Below, in pieces: positions 35,561 through 43,921 of a stretch of 64,000 nucleotides of DNA. The stretch is from Clostridia bacterium (GTDB taxonomy: Bacteria; Bacillota; Clostridia; Christensenellales; CAG-314): positions 4,074-68,073 of the forward strand of contig JAFQSA010000057.1 of assembly GCA_017409765.1 (NCBI GenBank), read 5' to 3'. How positions within the stretch are numbered: the stretch's first letter is position 1; each line of letters opens with the position of its first letter. The notes beneath the pieces were generated by a model that was not told the DNA's origin, did not search any database, and saw only the letters and a list, made by a program, of their open reading frames with translations. Made by a program: the position numbers and the translations under genes.

Positions 35561-36166
35561 TCACTCTGGTGGTTTTTTGAGGTAGTGGATGGCTCGACCC
35601 TCCTTCAAGGTGAGGTAACTCCGTCCAATGCCAAACGTGCCACTTGGGATGTCCTTATCCACAGTTGTGCCACAGGCAACAAAGCAGTTATCCCCAATGG
35701 AAAGGGGCGCGACAAGGTTGCTGTTGCAACCGATAAAACAATTTTTGCCAACGGACGTTTTGTGCTTGAGTTTGCCATCGTAGTTGACGAAAATTACGCC
35801 ACAACCAATGTTTGTGTTGGCGCCAACAAGAGCATCGCCAATGTAGGCAAGATGGCTGGCTTTGACACCGCTTTGGAGCAGGCTGTTTTTGATTTCCACA
35901 AAGTTGCCAACGCGACAACCATTGCCTACCACGGCATTGTCCCTAAGGTGCGCGTTTGGGCCAACTGTGCAATTTTGCCCCACTTGGCTATTGACAATAC
36001 GCGAACTTTTTACAACCGTGTTTGCGCCAATTACTGCACCATCGAGATAACTAAAACTGCCCACCACGCACCCGTCGTGCAAAATGGTGTTGCCCTTGAC
36101 GACGGCATACGGCTCGATTGTTACGTTTGCACCCACTTTGACGGTTGGTTCCAAAATGTAGTCCAT
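35561..36166 (-). CDS. Left-handed beta-helix acetyltransferase corresponding to the C-terminal domain of GlmU only
   Basis: Hexapeptide repeats throughout. The blocks VKASHLAYIGDALVGANTNIGCGVIFVNYDGKLKHKTSVG match the GlmU acetyltransferase active-site region. No nucleotidyltransferase domain lies upstream. Confidence 0.7.
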   Translation of the reverse strand: MDYILEPTVKVGANVTIEPYAVVKGNTILHDGCVVGSFSYLDGAVIGANTVVKSSRIVNSQVGQNCTVGPNAHLRDNAVVGNGCRVGNFVEIKNSLLQSGVKASHLAYIGDALVGANTNIGCGVIFVNYDGKLKHKTSVGKNCFIGCNSNLVAPLSIGDNCFVACGTTVDKDIPSGTFGIGRSYLTLKEGRAIHYLKKPPE

Positions 36167-36245
36167 ACAATCCCCTTGATAGATTAGTGTATGTTTTAGG
36201 CCATCATTTTGCCACAAAAGTTGATTGATTTTTTGTCAATTTGTG

Positions 36246-36276
36246 CAAAAATGTGGGATACGTGGTTGTTTTTTTG
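36246..36276 (+). repeat. Family C motif copy (CAAAAATGTGGGATACGTGGTTGTTTTTTTG)
   Basis: Lies 80 nt upstream of the GlmU-C-like ATG, co-oriented with it. Confidence 0.75.
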
Positions 36277-36352
36277 GAGCAATTGGATTTTGATTTTTGT
36301 TTTAGTTGAGCAAGGGTGTGACAATGTGTAATTTGTATTTTTGTTGTTTTAA

Positions 36353-36382
36353 TGCGGGCGGATATAGAATCCGCCCCTACGG
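36353..36382 (+). repeat. Family A GC hairpin repeat with a different stem (TGCGGGCGGAT-ataga-ATCCGCCCCTACGG)
   Basis: The flanks are conserved and the stem sequence is replaced with full compensation. Confidence 0.8.
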
Positions 36383-36430
36383 AGTGACGAACATTTTGTT
36401 TTTTGCGGTTGGATTTGGTTGATGAAAAGA

Positions 36431-36457
36431 TGCGGGAGGGGAAACCCCTCCCCTACG
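36431..36457 (+). repeat. Family A GC hairpin repeat (TGCGGGAGGGG-aaa-CCCCTCCCCTACG)
   Basis: Read directly. Confidence 0.8.
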
Positions 36458-36540
36458 ATTTGGGATAGATTGGGCATTGATCAATGAACAAAAAGTAAAC
36501 CATCGAATGTGATAAACATGAACCTTATATTGCTTGTTGA

Positions 36541-36577
36541 CCTAGATTATCTTTGAACGACAACTGTCATAACTATT
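36541..36577 (-). pseudogene. Displaced duplicate of the last ~11 codons of spoIIE
   Basis: ACCTAGATTATCTTTGAACGACAACTGTCATAAC compared with the live 3' end ACCTAAATTATCTTTGCGACGACAACTGTCATATC at 36651-36687. One indel. Confidence 0.55.
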
Positions 36578-36651
36578 GTCCCTACAATAGTATTTGTTGA
36601 TAGGACTTGCGATTTGATTTGATAGTTTGTCCTTACACAAGTGCTTTGCAC

Positions 36652-38913
36652 CTAAATTATCTTTGCGACGACAACTGTCATATCGTCTGGGGGAGTGTTG
36701 TTGCATTGTTTTAGCGTTTTGGCTAAAATTGTTTCCGCAATGCTTTGGGGAGTTGTGTAGGTGACGTTGTGGACAATTTCCGCAAGCACAGTTACATCCT
36801 GATAGCAATCGGCAATGCCATCGCTAACAAGCACAATGATATCGGTACTGTGCAAGGCTTTTTTGGTGACGGAAGGTTTCATTTCCTCCAAGACACCAAG
36901 GGGCAGACTGCTTCCGCGGATCATTTCCACAGTTTGGGCGCACTTGACAAATCCCACGGGCGCACCCAATTTTACAAAGTCGGCAAAGCCGTTGTACAAG
37001 TCCACCACAACCATATCCACCGCGCAAAAGATTTCGTTGCCAGATTGTGTGAGCAGACCGTTGACAGCGGACAAAATTGTGTCGGAATCGAACCCCGCGC
37101 GGTAGAAACTTTCCACCAAGTTGATTGCGGTGGAGGACATTTTTTCCGCCTTGGCACCGCTACCCATACCATCGCAAAGTGTGACGATGCTTTTGCCGTT
37201 GTCGGTGACAATTTGGCCGTGGGTATCGGCGGAAATTTCGCTACCGGATTTAGCAACGGTAGCAACGCCAAAGGACATTTCAAACCGCGGTTTGACAGTT
37301 AGGTAGACGTTTACCCAGCGAGAGTTATCGGTGGATTCCACCTTTTGAGTGGACATCGTTTGCTTGACCACAATGCCAACACATTGCTCGATTGCCGATT
37401 CGTCAAGGTCCGTTTTGGCAACCGTCACCACCACAAGCAATCGGTTTGCGTGTGTTACAAGCGCAACGTCGGCACACAGCACGTTGTGGAAAATGAGCGT
37501 TTCCTTGATTTCCCTTTCGCGAGTGGCATCGAAGGAGATGTTGTTTTTGTAGTCGCTGGCAAGTTGCAACAATAGTTGCGACACCCCCGACATTTGGTCG
37601 GCAACAAGCAGTTTGGAACTGTTGCGGTCCTGTGATTCGACGACAAATTGTTTGTGCGTTTGAGCAAGGTCGTTGATGTGAGAAATGATCATGGAAAGCC
37701 GATCGCACTTGGCGGACAACGTTTGAGGGATATCCAAAATGGTACACTTGCCGTTGGCTATGGCAAGATGGGCTAGTTGCAAAAGGGCTTTTTCCGTAGT
37801 GGGCAAGTTTTGACGCCAACAAAGGGCACGACTTTTGCAGTTTTGGCAAATGGAACTACTGCACTCCTTGACAATCATACAAGCAACTTGCTGGGTGGAT
37901 GCTTGTCCAACGGACAAAGTATAAAAGGCGTTTTTGATAGCCATAAAAATTTCCGACAGACGAAAGAGCCTACGTGTTAGGTCTTGCGTGAGTTTGGTGG
38001 ACAAACTTTTTGCGATGTATCGTGTGGTGTTGCCACAAAAACTATCTCGTAGTTTTTTGTACACCGAAGTGGGGATAACCACAAACACCAACACCGACGT
38101 TAGCGTTGGCGCAAAAAACAATGCGTAAAAGTTGCCGTGCAAACCCAAAAAGTAACTAAGCGCCACATCCACCACGATCACTCCCAATGCCGAAAGGTAG
38201 CGGGAGATTGTGCCAAATGCAACAATTGCCAAGGCGGAAAGTACACAAAAAGCCATACCCTCCAATGCGCCTGTGGCAAGCAAGTTGCCTAGTCCGCAAA
38301 CCACCGCTGTGACAAAGGTTGTTTTTTCGTCAAAGCAACTGTTGGCAAAAAGCAAAGCAAAAGGCAACACAAAGTAGACCACTTCCAACGTGGCAATTGT
38401 AAACTTGGACAGGCAAAAAGTTTCCACAATGGCAAAAAGCGCAATGCAGATTTTTTCGCCCACTTGCGGTGGGTAGTTGAGTCCCCTTGCAAACACCGCG
38501 CGGAACACGTACAGCGAAACAAAACTGAACGCCACTCCGCAAGCAACAAAGGCAATTTTGTTGAACAAAGTTGGGTAGTCCACAAAGTTGTGACATAGGT
38601 AAAAGACGTTGGCAAGCAGAACGTACAACAAAAGATTGAACTTGCCAATTTTGCGCTTGGCAAAGTAGTGGATGGCCCAACAGGCAATCATCACGGCGAC
38701 GCGCACAGCGCATTGCAACAGATGAGTTAGTCCCCACATGGTGCTACTTGCAAGGTAGATAACACCCACTAGCAACGGATTGCCAGCATACAATCCGCCC
38801 ACAAAGGCGCCAAAGGAAAACATGCCGTCAAACACCTCGCCAGAGAGTACAACAGTTGCCGTGTACACAACGTAAAACAAAATTTGTTTTGCGGAAATTT
38901 TACTCTTTTTCAT
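36652..38913 (-). CDS. spoIIE: Stage II sporulation protein E (PP2C phosphatase with a 10-TM N-terminal domain)
   Basis: ATG at 38913 with an AAGGGGGC SD. Polytopic N-terminus. C-terminal PP2C blocks GDTHGQ-type (SADTHGQIV), LCDGMGSG and VSDGI. Confidence 0.85.
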   Translation of the reverse strand: MKKSKISAKQILFYVVYTATVVLSGEVFDGMFSFGAFVGGLYAGNPLLVGVIYLASSTMWGLTHLLQCAVRVAVMIACWAIHYFAKRKIGKFNLLLYVLLANVFYLCHNFVDYPTLFNKIAFVACGVAFSFVSLYVFRAVFARGLNYPPQVGEKICIALFAIVETFCLSKFTIATLEVVYFVLPFALLFANSCFDEKTTFVTAVVCGLGNLLATGALEGMAFCVLSALAIVAFGTISRYLSALGVIVVDVALSYFLGLHGNFYALFFAPTLTSVLVFVVIPTSVYKKLRDSFCGNTTRYIAKSLSTKLTQDLTRRLFRLSEIFMAIKNAFYTLSVGQASTQQVACMIVKECSSSICQNCKSRALCWRQNLPTTEKALLQLAHLAIANGKCTILDIPQTLSAKCDRLSMIISHINDLAQTHKQFVVESQDRNSSKLLVADQMSGVSQLLLQLASDYKNNISFDATREREIKETLIFHNVLCADVALVTHANRLLVVVTVAKTDLDESAIEQCVGIVVKQTMSTQKVESTDNSRWVNVYLTVKPRFEMSFGVATVAKSGSEISADTHGQIVTDNGKSIVTLCDGMGSGAKAEKMSSTAINLVESFYRAGFDSDTILSAVNGLLTQSGNEIFCAVDMVVVDLYNGFADFVKLGAPVGFVKCAQTVEMIRGSSLPLGVLEEMKPSVTKKALHSTDIIVLVSDGIADCYQDVTVLAEIVHNVTYTTPQSIAETILAKTLKQCNNTPPDDMTVVVAKII

Positions 38914-39072
38914 AGAGCCCCCTTGGTGCAAAAAGCCACAAAATTTGCAAACTTTTTGCATCACAAAAAATCCAACGATATGCGTTGGTTACCCCTATGA
39001 TAAAGCCAAAATGACAAACTATTTTGGAAAAGTATCCAAAACTTTGTCGGCTTTTACAATTTTATAAACAGG

Positions 39073-39160
39073 CAAAATTCGGCAAAAATCTTATAAAAAG
39101 CCACAAAAAAGTTTATAAAATGGTGTTTGATGCGGAAAATTCGGCAAAAATCTTATAAAG
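39073..39160 (-). promoter_or_regulatory. Two 23-nt direct repeats, each carrying a Spo0A-box-like TGCCGAA, upstream of spoIIE
   Basis: AAAATTCGGCAAAAATCTTATAAA at 39074-39097 and 39136-39159. TTCGGCA is the reverse complement of TGCCGAA, which fits the 0A-box consensus TGNCGAA. Confidence 0.4.
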
Positions 39161-39242
39161 TTGGCCTTTTTGTCCTGCCTGACGAGCCAAGTTTTGCAAA
39201 TTGTTTATCAAGTAGATTTTCTTTTGCCTGTGCAATACAAAC

Positions 39243-39746
39243 TTACAAAAATCTACACAAAATGCACGCCAAAATGCCACCTGCAAGGTTGCAAAAAAGT
39301 GCAATGGGGATAGCCCATCCAAGGCGCTTTACGCGTGTTTGGGAAAAGTAGACAGCGGAGATGTAGAACACCGTTTCGCTACTGCCCATGATTACAGATG
39401 CGCAGTTGCCAACGTAACTATCCGTGCCGTAGGTGTTGTACACGTCGGACAAAATTGCCAAACTTCCACTACCGGAAAAGGGCCTAATCAAAAGCAGTTC
39501 CAACACTTGCTTGGGTATGCCCACAAGTTGAAATGGCGGGCTGACAAAGTCCACAATGAGCGCACTTACACCACTTGCGCGAAGGGCATTTACCATCAAA
39601 AAGGTGGCAAAAAGATAGGGAAAAATGGCAACCGCAGTTGGGATGGATTGCTTGGCACCATCCACAAAACTGTTGTAGACGTTTACCCTTTTGAAACTGG
39701 CAAACGCAAAAAGTGCAACAATCAAAATAGGAACAAGGTAACTCAC
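39243..39746 (-). CDS. spmB: Spore maturation protein B (nucleoside-recognition-domain membrane protein)
   Basis: 167 aa, polytopic, paired with an upstream spmA-like gene. Block LLLIRPFSGSGSLAIL. Confidence 0.75.
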   Translation of the reverse strand: MSYLVPILIVALFAFASFKRVNVYNSFVDGAKQSIPTAVAIFPYLFATFLMVNALRASGVSALIVDFVSPPFQLVGIPKQVLELLLIRPFSGSGSLAILSDVYNTYGTDSYVGNCASVIMGSSETVFYISAVYFSQTRVKRLGWAIPIALFCNLAGGILACILCRFL

Positions 39747-39884
39747 AGTGAAAAATTTGATGATAAAATGGCAAAAAGATGCAGTTAATTGCCTAATAAA
39801 GGTTAGTTTTTTTGAAGATATTTGAGTGTTGAATTGCGGAGTTTGGATATCTAATTTTTGTTTTAGATACCTATTTTTTGTCGG

Positions 39885-40454
39885 TTACAAATTGGAACTT
39901 TGTGCCTTTTTGGGGTAGGCAATGTTGGTTAGAAACACGCCAAGTATCAAACTAAACAACGTGCAAACAATGGTAGGCCAAAGTATTTGGGAGGGGTTTT
40001 GCGAGCCAAAGGTTGCACGCAGTCCAATGACAGTTGTGGGCACAAGTTGCAATCCGCAAGCATTCAACACAAATAGCATCGCGCCACCACGAGAAAGTTT
40101 TTGCCCACCTTCCATCAGTTTGATTGCCTCGATTGCCGATGGAGTTGACGCGTTACCTACGCCCACGACGTTGCTTGCCATGTTCAAAGCAAGGTACTTT
40201 TGCGCTTGCTTACTAACGTTGCCGTACAAAAAGTTGTTCAGTTTTGATAGGATTTTTGCAAGCTTTTCCACCAAGTTACACCGCTCGGCAACACAAAACA
40301 CACCCTGCCAAAGGGCATAGATTGCCACAAGTTGAAAGGTGTAGTCCACCGCTTGCTTGCCACTTTCCACGCACAAGGTTAGTACCGAGTTGGGATTGGT
40401 GGCGGTGAGCAAAGCAAAGCAAATGATAACAAGAGTTGTCCAAATTGCGTTCAT
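39885..40454 (-). CDS. spmA: Spore maturation protein A
   Basis: 189 aa. MNAIWTTLVII start and the AIYALWQG and NASTPSAIEAIKLM blocks typical of SpmA. Confidence 0.75.
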   Translation of the reverse strand: MNAIWTTLVIICFALLTATNPNSVLTLCVESGKQAVDYTFQLVAIYALWQGVFCVAERCNLVEKLAKILSKLNNFLYGNVSKQAQKYLALNMASNVVGVGNASTPSAIEAIKLMEGGQKLSRGGAMLFVLNACGLQLVPTTVIGLRATFGSQNPSQILWPTIVCTLFSLILGVFLTNIAYPKKAQSSNL

Positions 40455-40543
40455 AGCCTGTCCAAAAGGTATCGTTAGGGTATTTTACGACAGATTTAGC
40501 AAAAGTATGCGACAAACAAGGTGGCAATTGGGTATTTTATAGT

Positions 40544-40571
40544 TTACAAATTGTATATATCTTGATATAAT
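40544..40571 (+). promoter_or_regulatory. Candidate sigma-A promoter of metG (TTTACA-16-TATAAT)
   Basis: Read directly. Implies a ~355-nt leader. Confidence 0.45.
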
Positions 40572-40648
40572 ATACACGCAAATGGCGACAAAGGATGTTT
40601 GGTTGCTGATAGATGCAATTTGTACTGCGATATGGTTCGCAATCAAAT

Positions 40649-40676
40649 TGCGGGAGGGGCAACCCCTCCCCTACGG
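40649..40676 (+). repeat. Family A GC hairpin repeat inside the metG leader
   Basis: TGCGGGAGGGGCAACCCCTCCCCTACGG. Confidence 0.8.
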
Positions 40677-40745
40677 AAATCTAAGGCAATCGGCATTTGG
40701 TAGTCGTCGGCAAATTTAACAAAGGGGCTCATTTGTTCTTGGAAA

Positions 40746-40916
40746 GGTGCTGTCGCAATAAATGGTTGATTAGCCATTTGGCGATTGGCGGATAAAACAC
40801 AAGCAGGCGATGTGTTCTTGTGAAGGAGCATACCCTCAGTGGTCTGTGACTGAACAAAACACAGATGATTGCGTAGTGTTTTGCCACCAAAAGCAACCAG
40901 GAATTGAGAAAGCGCC
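40746..40916 (+). promoter_or_regulatory. Helix-closed ~171-nt leader element, copy 1 (candidate cis-regulatory RNA or MITE)
   Basis: About 80% identical to 43663-43835. Outer helix GGTGCT/AGCGCC, inner helix TGGTTG/CAACCA, then GGCGG/CCACC enclosing three hairpins. Ends 20 nt before the metG ATG. Confidence 0.45.
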
Positions 40917-40935
40917 TTTAAAACAGAGGGAAAAA

Positions 40936-42879
40936 ATGAAAAAACCATACTACATCACAACTCCAATTTACTACTCTAGTGGCAAATTCCACATTGGTCA
41001 CTGCTACACAACCATCATTTGCGATGCAATTGCACGCTTCAAGCGCATGGATGGCTACGACGTGTTTTACCTTACCGGTACAGACGAGCACGGTCAAAAG
41101 GTGCAACAAAAGGCAGAGGCAAAGGGCGTTACTCCCAAAAAGTTTGTAGACGAACTTTACGACCAAATCATTGAACTTTGGAAGTTGTTGGATATCAGTT
41201 ACGACAAGTTCATTCGCACAACGGACGACTACCACGAGGCAACCGTACAAAAGGTGTACGAAAAACTTTTGGCAAACGGCGACATTTACAAATCCAGTTA
41301 CGAAGGTTGGTACTGCACACCTTGTGAGTCCTTCTTTACCGAAAGCCAACTGCACGACGGCAAATGCCCCGACTGCGGACGCGAAGTTAAACTTGCCAAG
41401 GAAGAAAGTTACTTTTTCCGTCTTTCCAAATACCAAGACAAACTCATCAAGTTCTACGAGGAAAACCCCGACTTTATCAGTCCAAAGGCGCGCATGAACG
41501 AGATGATCAACAACTTTATCAAGCCAGGACTAAAGGATTTGTGCGTATCCCGTACAACATTCGATTGGGGTGTAAAACTTCCATTTGATCCAAAGCACGT
41601 TGCATACGTTTGGGTGGATGCTTTGACAAACTACATCACCGCTTTGGGATACCTACAAGAAGACCACGCAAACTTCGACAAGTTTTGGCCAGCAGACCTG
41701 CACATGGTGGGCAAGGAAATTGTACGTTTCCACACCATCATTTGGCCTGCACTTTTGATGGCGCTTGACCTTCCACTACCCAAAAAAGTTTACGGCCACG
41801 GCTGGTTGCTCTTTGACAACGACAAGATGAGCAAATCCAAGGGCAACATTGTTGATCCATTTTTCCTTGCGGAGCGCTACGGAGTGGATGCAATTAGATA
41901 CTTCCTCCTGCGTGAAATTCCATTTGGAAGTGACGGCAACTACACCAACGAGGCGTTACTCACTCGCACCAACACCGACCTTGTAAACGACCTTGGTAAC
42001 CTTGTTAGCCGTACAACAGCAATGGTAACACAATACTTTGGTGGAACAATCCCTGCACACAACGAGTTTACCGAATTGGACAAGGAAATTGTTGCGCTTT
42101 GCGAAGGTACACTTGCAAAGGTTCGTGAAGACATCGAAAACCTTTCCGCACCAGATGCCCTTGCAAACATCTTCAAAATTGTTCAACGCGCAAACAAATA
42201 CATTGACGAAACAATGCCTTGGGCCTTGAACAAAAACGGTGACAAAGAGCGCCTTGCAACAGTAATGTACGTTTTGTGCGAATGCATCCGCTTTGCATCC
42301 ACAATGTTGTTGCCATTTATCCCAAAGACAGCAAAAACTATCTTCGGCAAGATTGGCGTAGAAGTTCCATCTAACTTTGACGGAATCACAGCATTTGGTG
42401 GCATTGCCGAAGGTACAGTTGTAACCAAGGGCGAAAACCTTTTCAACCGCATTGACATTGCAAAGGAGCTGAAGATTTTGGAAGAATTGCACGCAAAACA
42501 AGTTGCCGAAGCGCAAGCGAAAAACGCGCCCAAGCAAGAAGAAAAACCACAAGATGAACTGATTGACATCACAGACTTTGCAAAAATCAAACTTTGTACA
42601 GCAAAGGTTCTCAGTTGCGAAAAGGTTGCAAAGAGCGACAAACTACTTTGCTTCCAATTGCAAGTAGGGGACGAAGTACGTCAAGTTGTTAGCGGAATTG
42701 CTCAACACTACACACCAGAATACATGGTGGGCAAAACTGTTGTACTCGTCAAGAACTTGAAACCTGCAAAGATTCGTGGCGTGGAAAGCAACGGCATGAT
42801 TTTGTGCGCTGCGGACGACAAATCTGTTATCTTTGTAACACCCGAAAAGGACATGGACAGCGGTAAGGAAGTAAGATAA
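40936..42879 (+). CDS. metG: Methionine--tRNA ligase with a C-terminal tRNA-binding (EMAP/Trbp111-like) domain
   Basis: ATG at 40936. HIGH motif (KFHIGHCYT), Zn knuckle CTPCESFF...CPDCG, KMSKS. Confidence 0.95.
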   Translation: MKKPYYITTPIYYSSGKFHIGHCYTTIICDAIARFKRMDGYDVFYLTGTDEHGQKVQQKAEAKGVTPKKFVDELYDQIIELWKLLDISYDKFIRTTDDYHEATVQKVYEKLLANGDIYKSSYEGWYCTPCESFFTESQLHDGKCPDCGREVKLAKEESYFFRLSKYQDKLIKFYEENPDFISPKARMNEMINNFIKPGLKDLCVSRTTFDWGVKLPFDPKHVAYVWVDALTNYITALGYLQEDHANFDKFWPADLHMVGKEIVRFHTIIWPALLMALDLPLPKKVYGHGWLLFDNDKMSKSKGNIVDPFFLAERYGVDAIRYFLLREIPFGSDGNYTNEALLTRTNTDLVNDLGNLVSRTTAMVTQYFGGTIPAHNEFTELDKEIVALCEGTLAKVREDIENLSAPDALANIFKIVQRANKYIDETMPWALNKNGDKERLATVMYVLCECIRFASTMLLPFIPKTAKTIFGKIGVEVPSNFDGITAFGGIAEGTVVTKGENLFNRIDIAKELKILEELHAKQVAEAQAKNAPKQEEKPQDELIDITDFAKIKLCTAKVLSCEKVAKSDKLLCFQLQVGDEVRQVVSGIAQHYTPEYMVGKTVVLVKNLKPAKIRGVESNGMILCAADDKSVIFVTPEKDMDSGKEVR

Positions 42880-43661
42880 TGATTGACAGTCATTTGCACC
42901 TAGATGACGAGCGCCTGATTGGTCAAGTGGAGCAAATTGTTGCAGAATTTGACACACGTGGCATCGATTTTGTCATCAACAACAGCGCAGACCTTGCGGG
43001 AATGATTGCAAGTTACAAGCTTGCCAACACCTACGAAAAGGTGTTTGCAACAGTTGGTATGCACCCACACACCGCCAAAGATTTTGACGCAAACTTTGTC
43101 CATTTGATGAAGGAATATGCCAAAAATCCCAAGGTGGTTGCCGTTGGCGAGATTGGTTTGGACTACTACTACGACCTGTCCGAGCGACAAATCCAACGGG
43201 ACGTGTTTGCCGAGCAAATTGAAATTGCCGATCAACTTGGTTTGCCAATAACTTTGCACATCCGTGATGCCTACGGCGATGCGATGGACGTGTTGAATGC
43301 GCAAAAAAAGTATCTCAACAGCAACGTTTTGTGGCATTGTTACAGTGGCTCGGCAGAGTTTGCAAAGCAATGTGCCAAACTTGGACACTACTTTGCTTTT
43401 GGTGGCGCGATAACCTTCAAAAATGCCAAAAAGGAAGAGGTTTTGCAAGCAATCCCCTTTGACCGCATTTTGACGGAAACGGATGCACCCTACATGGCGC
43501 CTGTGCCACTTCGCGGAACAACCAACACACCTTTCAACATTCCGCTGATCATCGAAAAAATGGCAAGTGCGCTTGGCAAAACTCCACAAGAAGTGGAAAA
43601 TCAAGTGCGCAAAAACACTTTGCAAATGTTCCCACGAATTGGGGAGTATCTTAATAAATAA
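42879..43661 (+). CDS. TatD family metal-dependent hydrolase
   Basis: 260 aa. MIDSHLHLD start, GEIGLDYYY, HIRDA and ETDAPY blocks. The start overlaps the metG stop (TAATG). Confidence 0.9.
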   Translation: MIDSHLHLDDERLIGQVEQIVAEFDTRGIDFVINNSADLAGMIASYKLANTYEKVFATVGMHPHTAKDFDANFVHLMKEYAKNPKVVAVGEIGLDYYYDLSERQIQRDVFAEQIEIADQLGLPITLHIRDAYGDAMDVLNAQKKYLNSNVLWHCYSGSAEFAKQCAKLGHYFAFGGAITFKNAKKEEVLQAIPFDRILTETDAPYMAPVPLRGTTNTPFNIPLIIEKMASALGKTPQEVENQVRKNTLQMFPRIGEYLNK

Positions 43662-43662
43662 A

Positions 43663-43835
43663 GGCTATGTCACAAGAAATGGTTGATTAGCCACTAGGTG
43701 ATTTGGCGGATAAAACGCAAACAAGACATGTGTTATTGTGAGGGCGCATACCTGGAAGGTCTGTAACCGAGCAAAACACATAGGATTGTGCAGTCGTTTT
43801 GCCGTCAAAAAGCAACCAGAGTTTGTGACAGAGCC
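43663..43835 (+). promoter_or_regulatory. Helix-closed ~173-nt leader element, copy 2
   Basis: Begins 2 nt after the tatD stop. Outer helix GGCTATGTCAC/GTGACAGAGCC pairs at 10/11 positions. Followed by a Family C copy and two hairpins before the radical SAM ATG. Confidence 0.45.
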
Positions 43836-43845
43836 TAACAAAAAA

Positions 43846-43871
43846 TCAATCACGTGTCCGCAAATTTGCGG
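43846..43871 (-). repeat. Family C motif copy, opposite orientation (AAAAAATCAATCACGTGTCCGCAAATTT)
   Basis: Lies 51 nt upstream of the plus-strand radical SAM gene, co-oriented with it. Confidence 0.65.
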
Positions 43872-43921
43872 AAAAAAGGTAGCCGTAAAACAAAACTTTA
43901 CGGCTATCATTAAGGAAAAAT

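Noticed and set aside
36542-36808. An 88-codon minus-strand ORF overlapping the spoIIE 3' end.
   Set aside because: It is out of frame with spoIIE, and it exists only because the duplicated spoIIE terminus supplies an open stretch. It has no SD.
40582-40936. A T-box riboswitch upstream of metG (the expected regulator of a Firmicute aminoacyl-tRNA synthetase gene).
   Set aside because: No T-box sequence (AGGGUGGNACCGCG-like) is present, no terminator/antiterminator pair precedes the ATG, and I saw no GA/K-turn plus specifier-loop arrangement. The TGGT seen in copy 1 is AGGT in copy 2.
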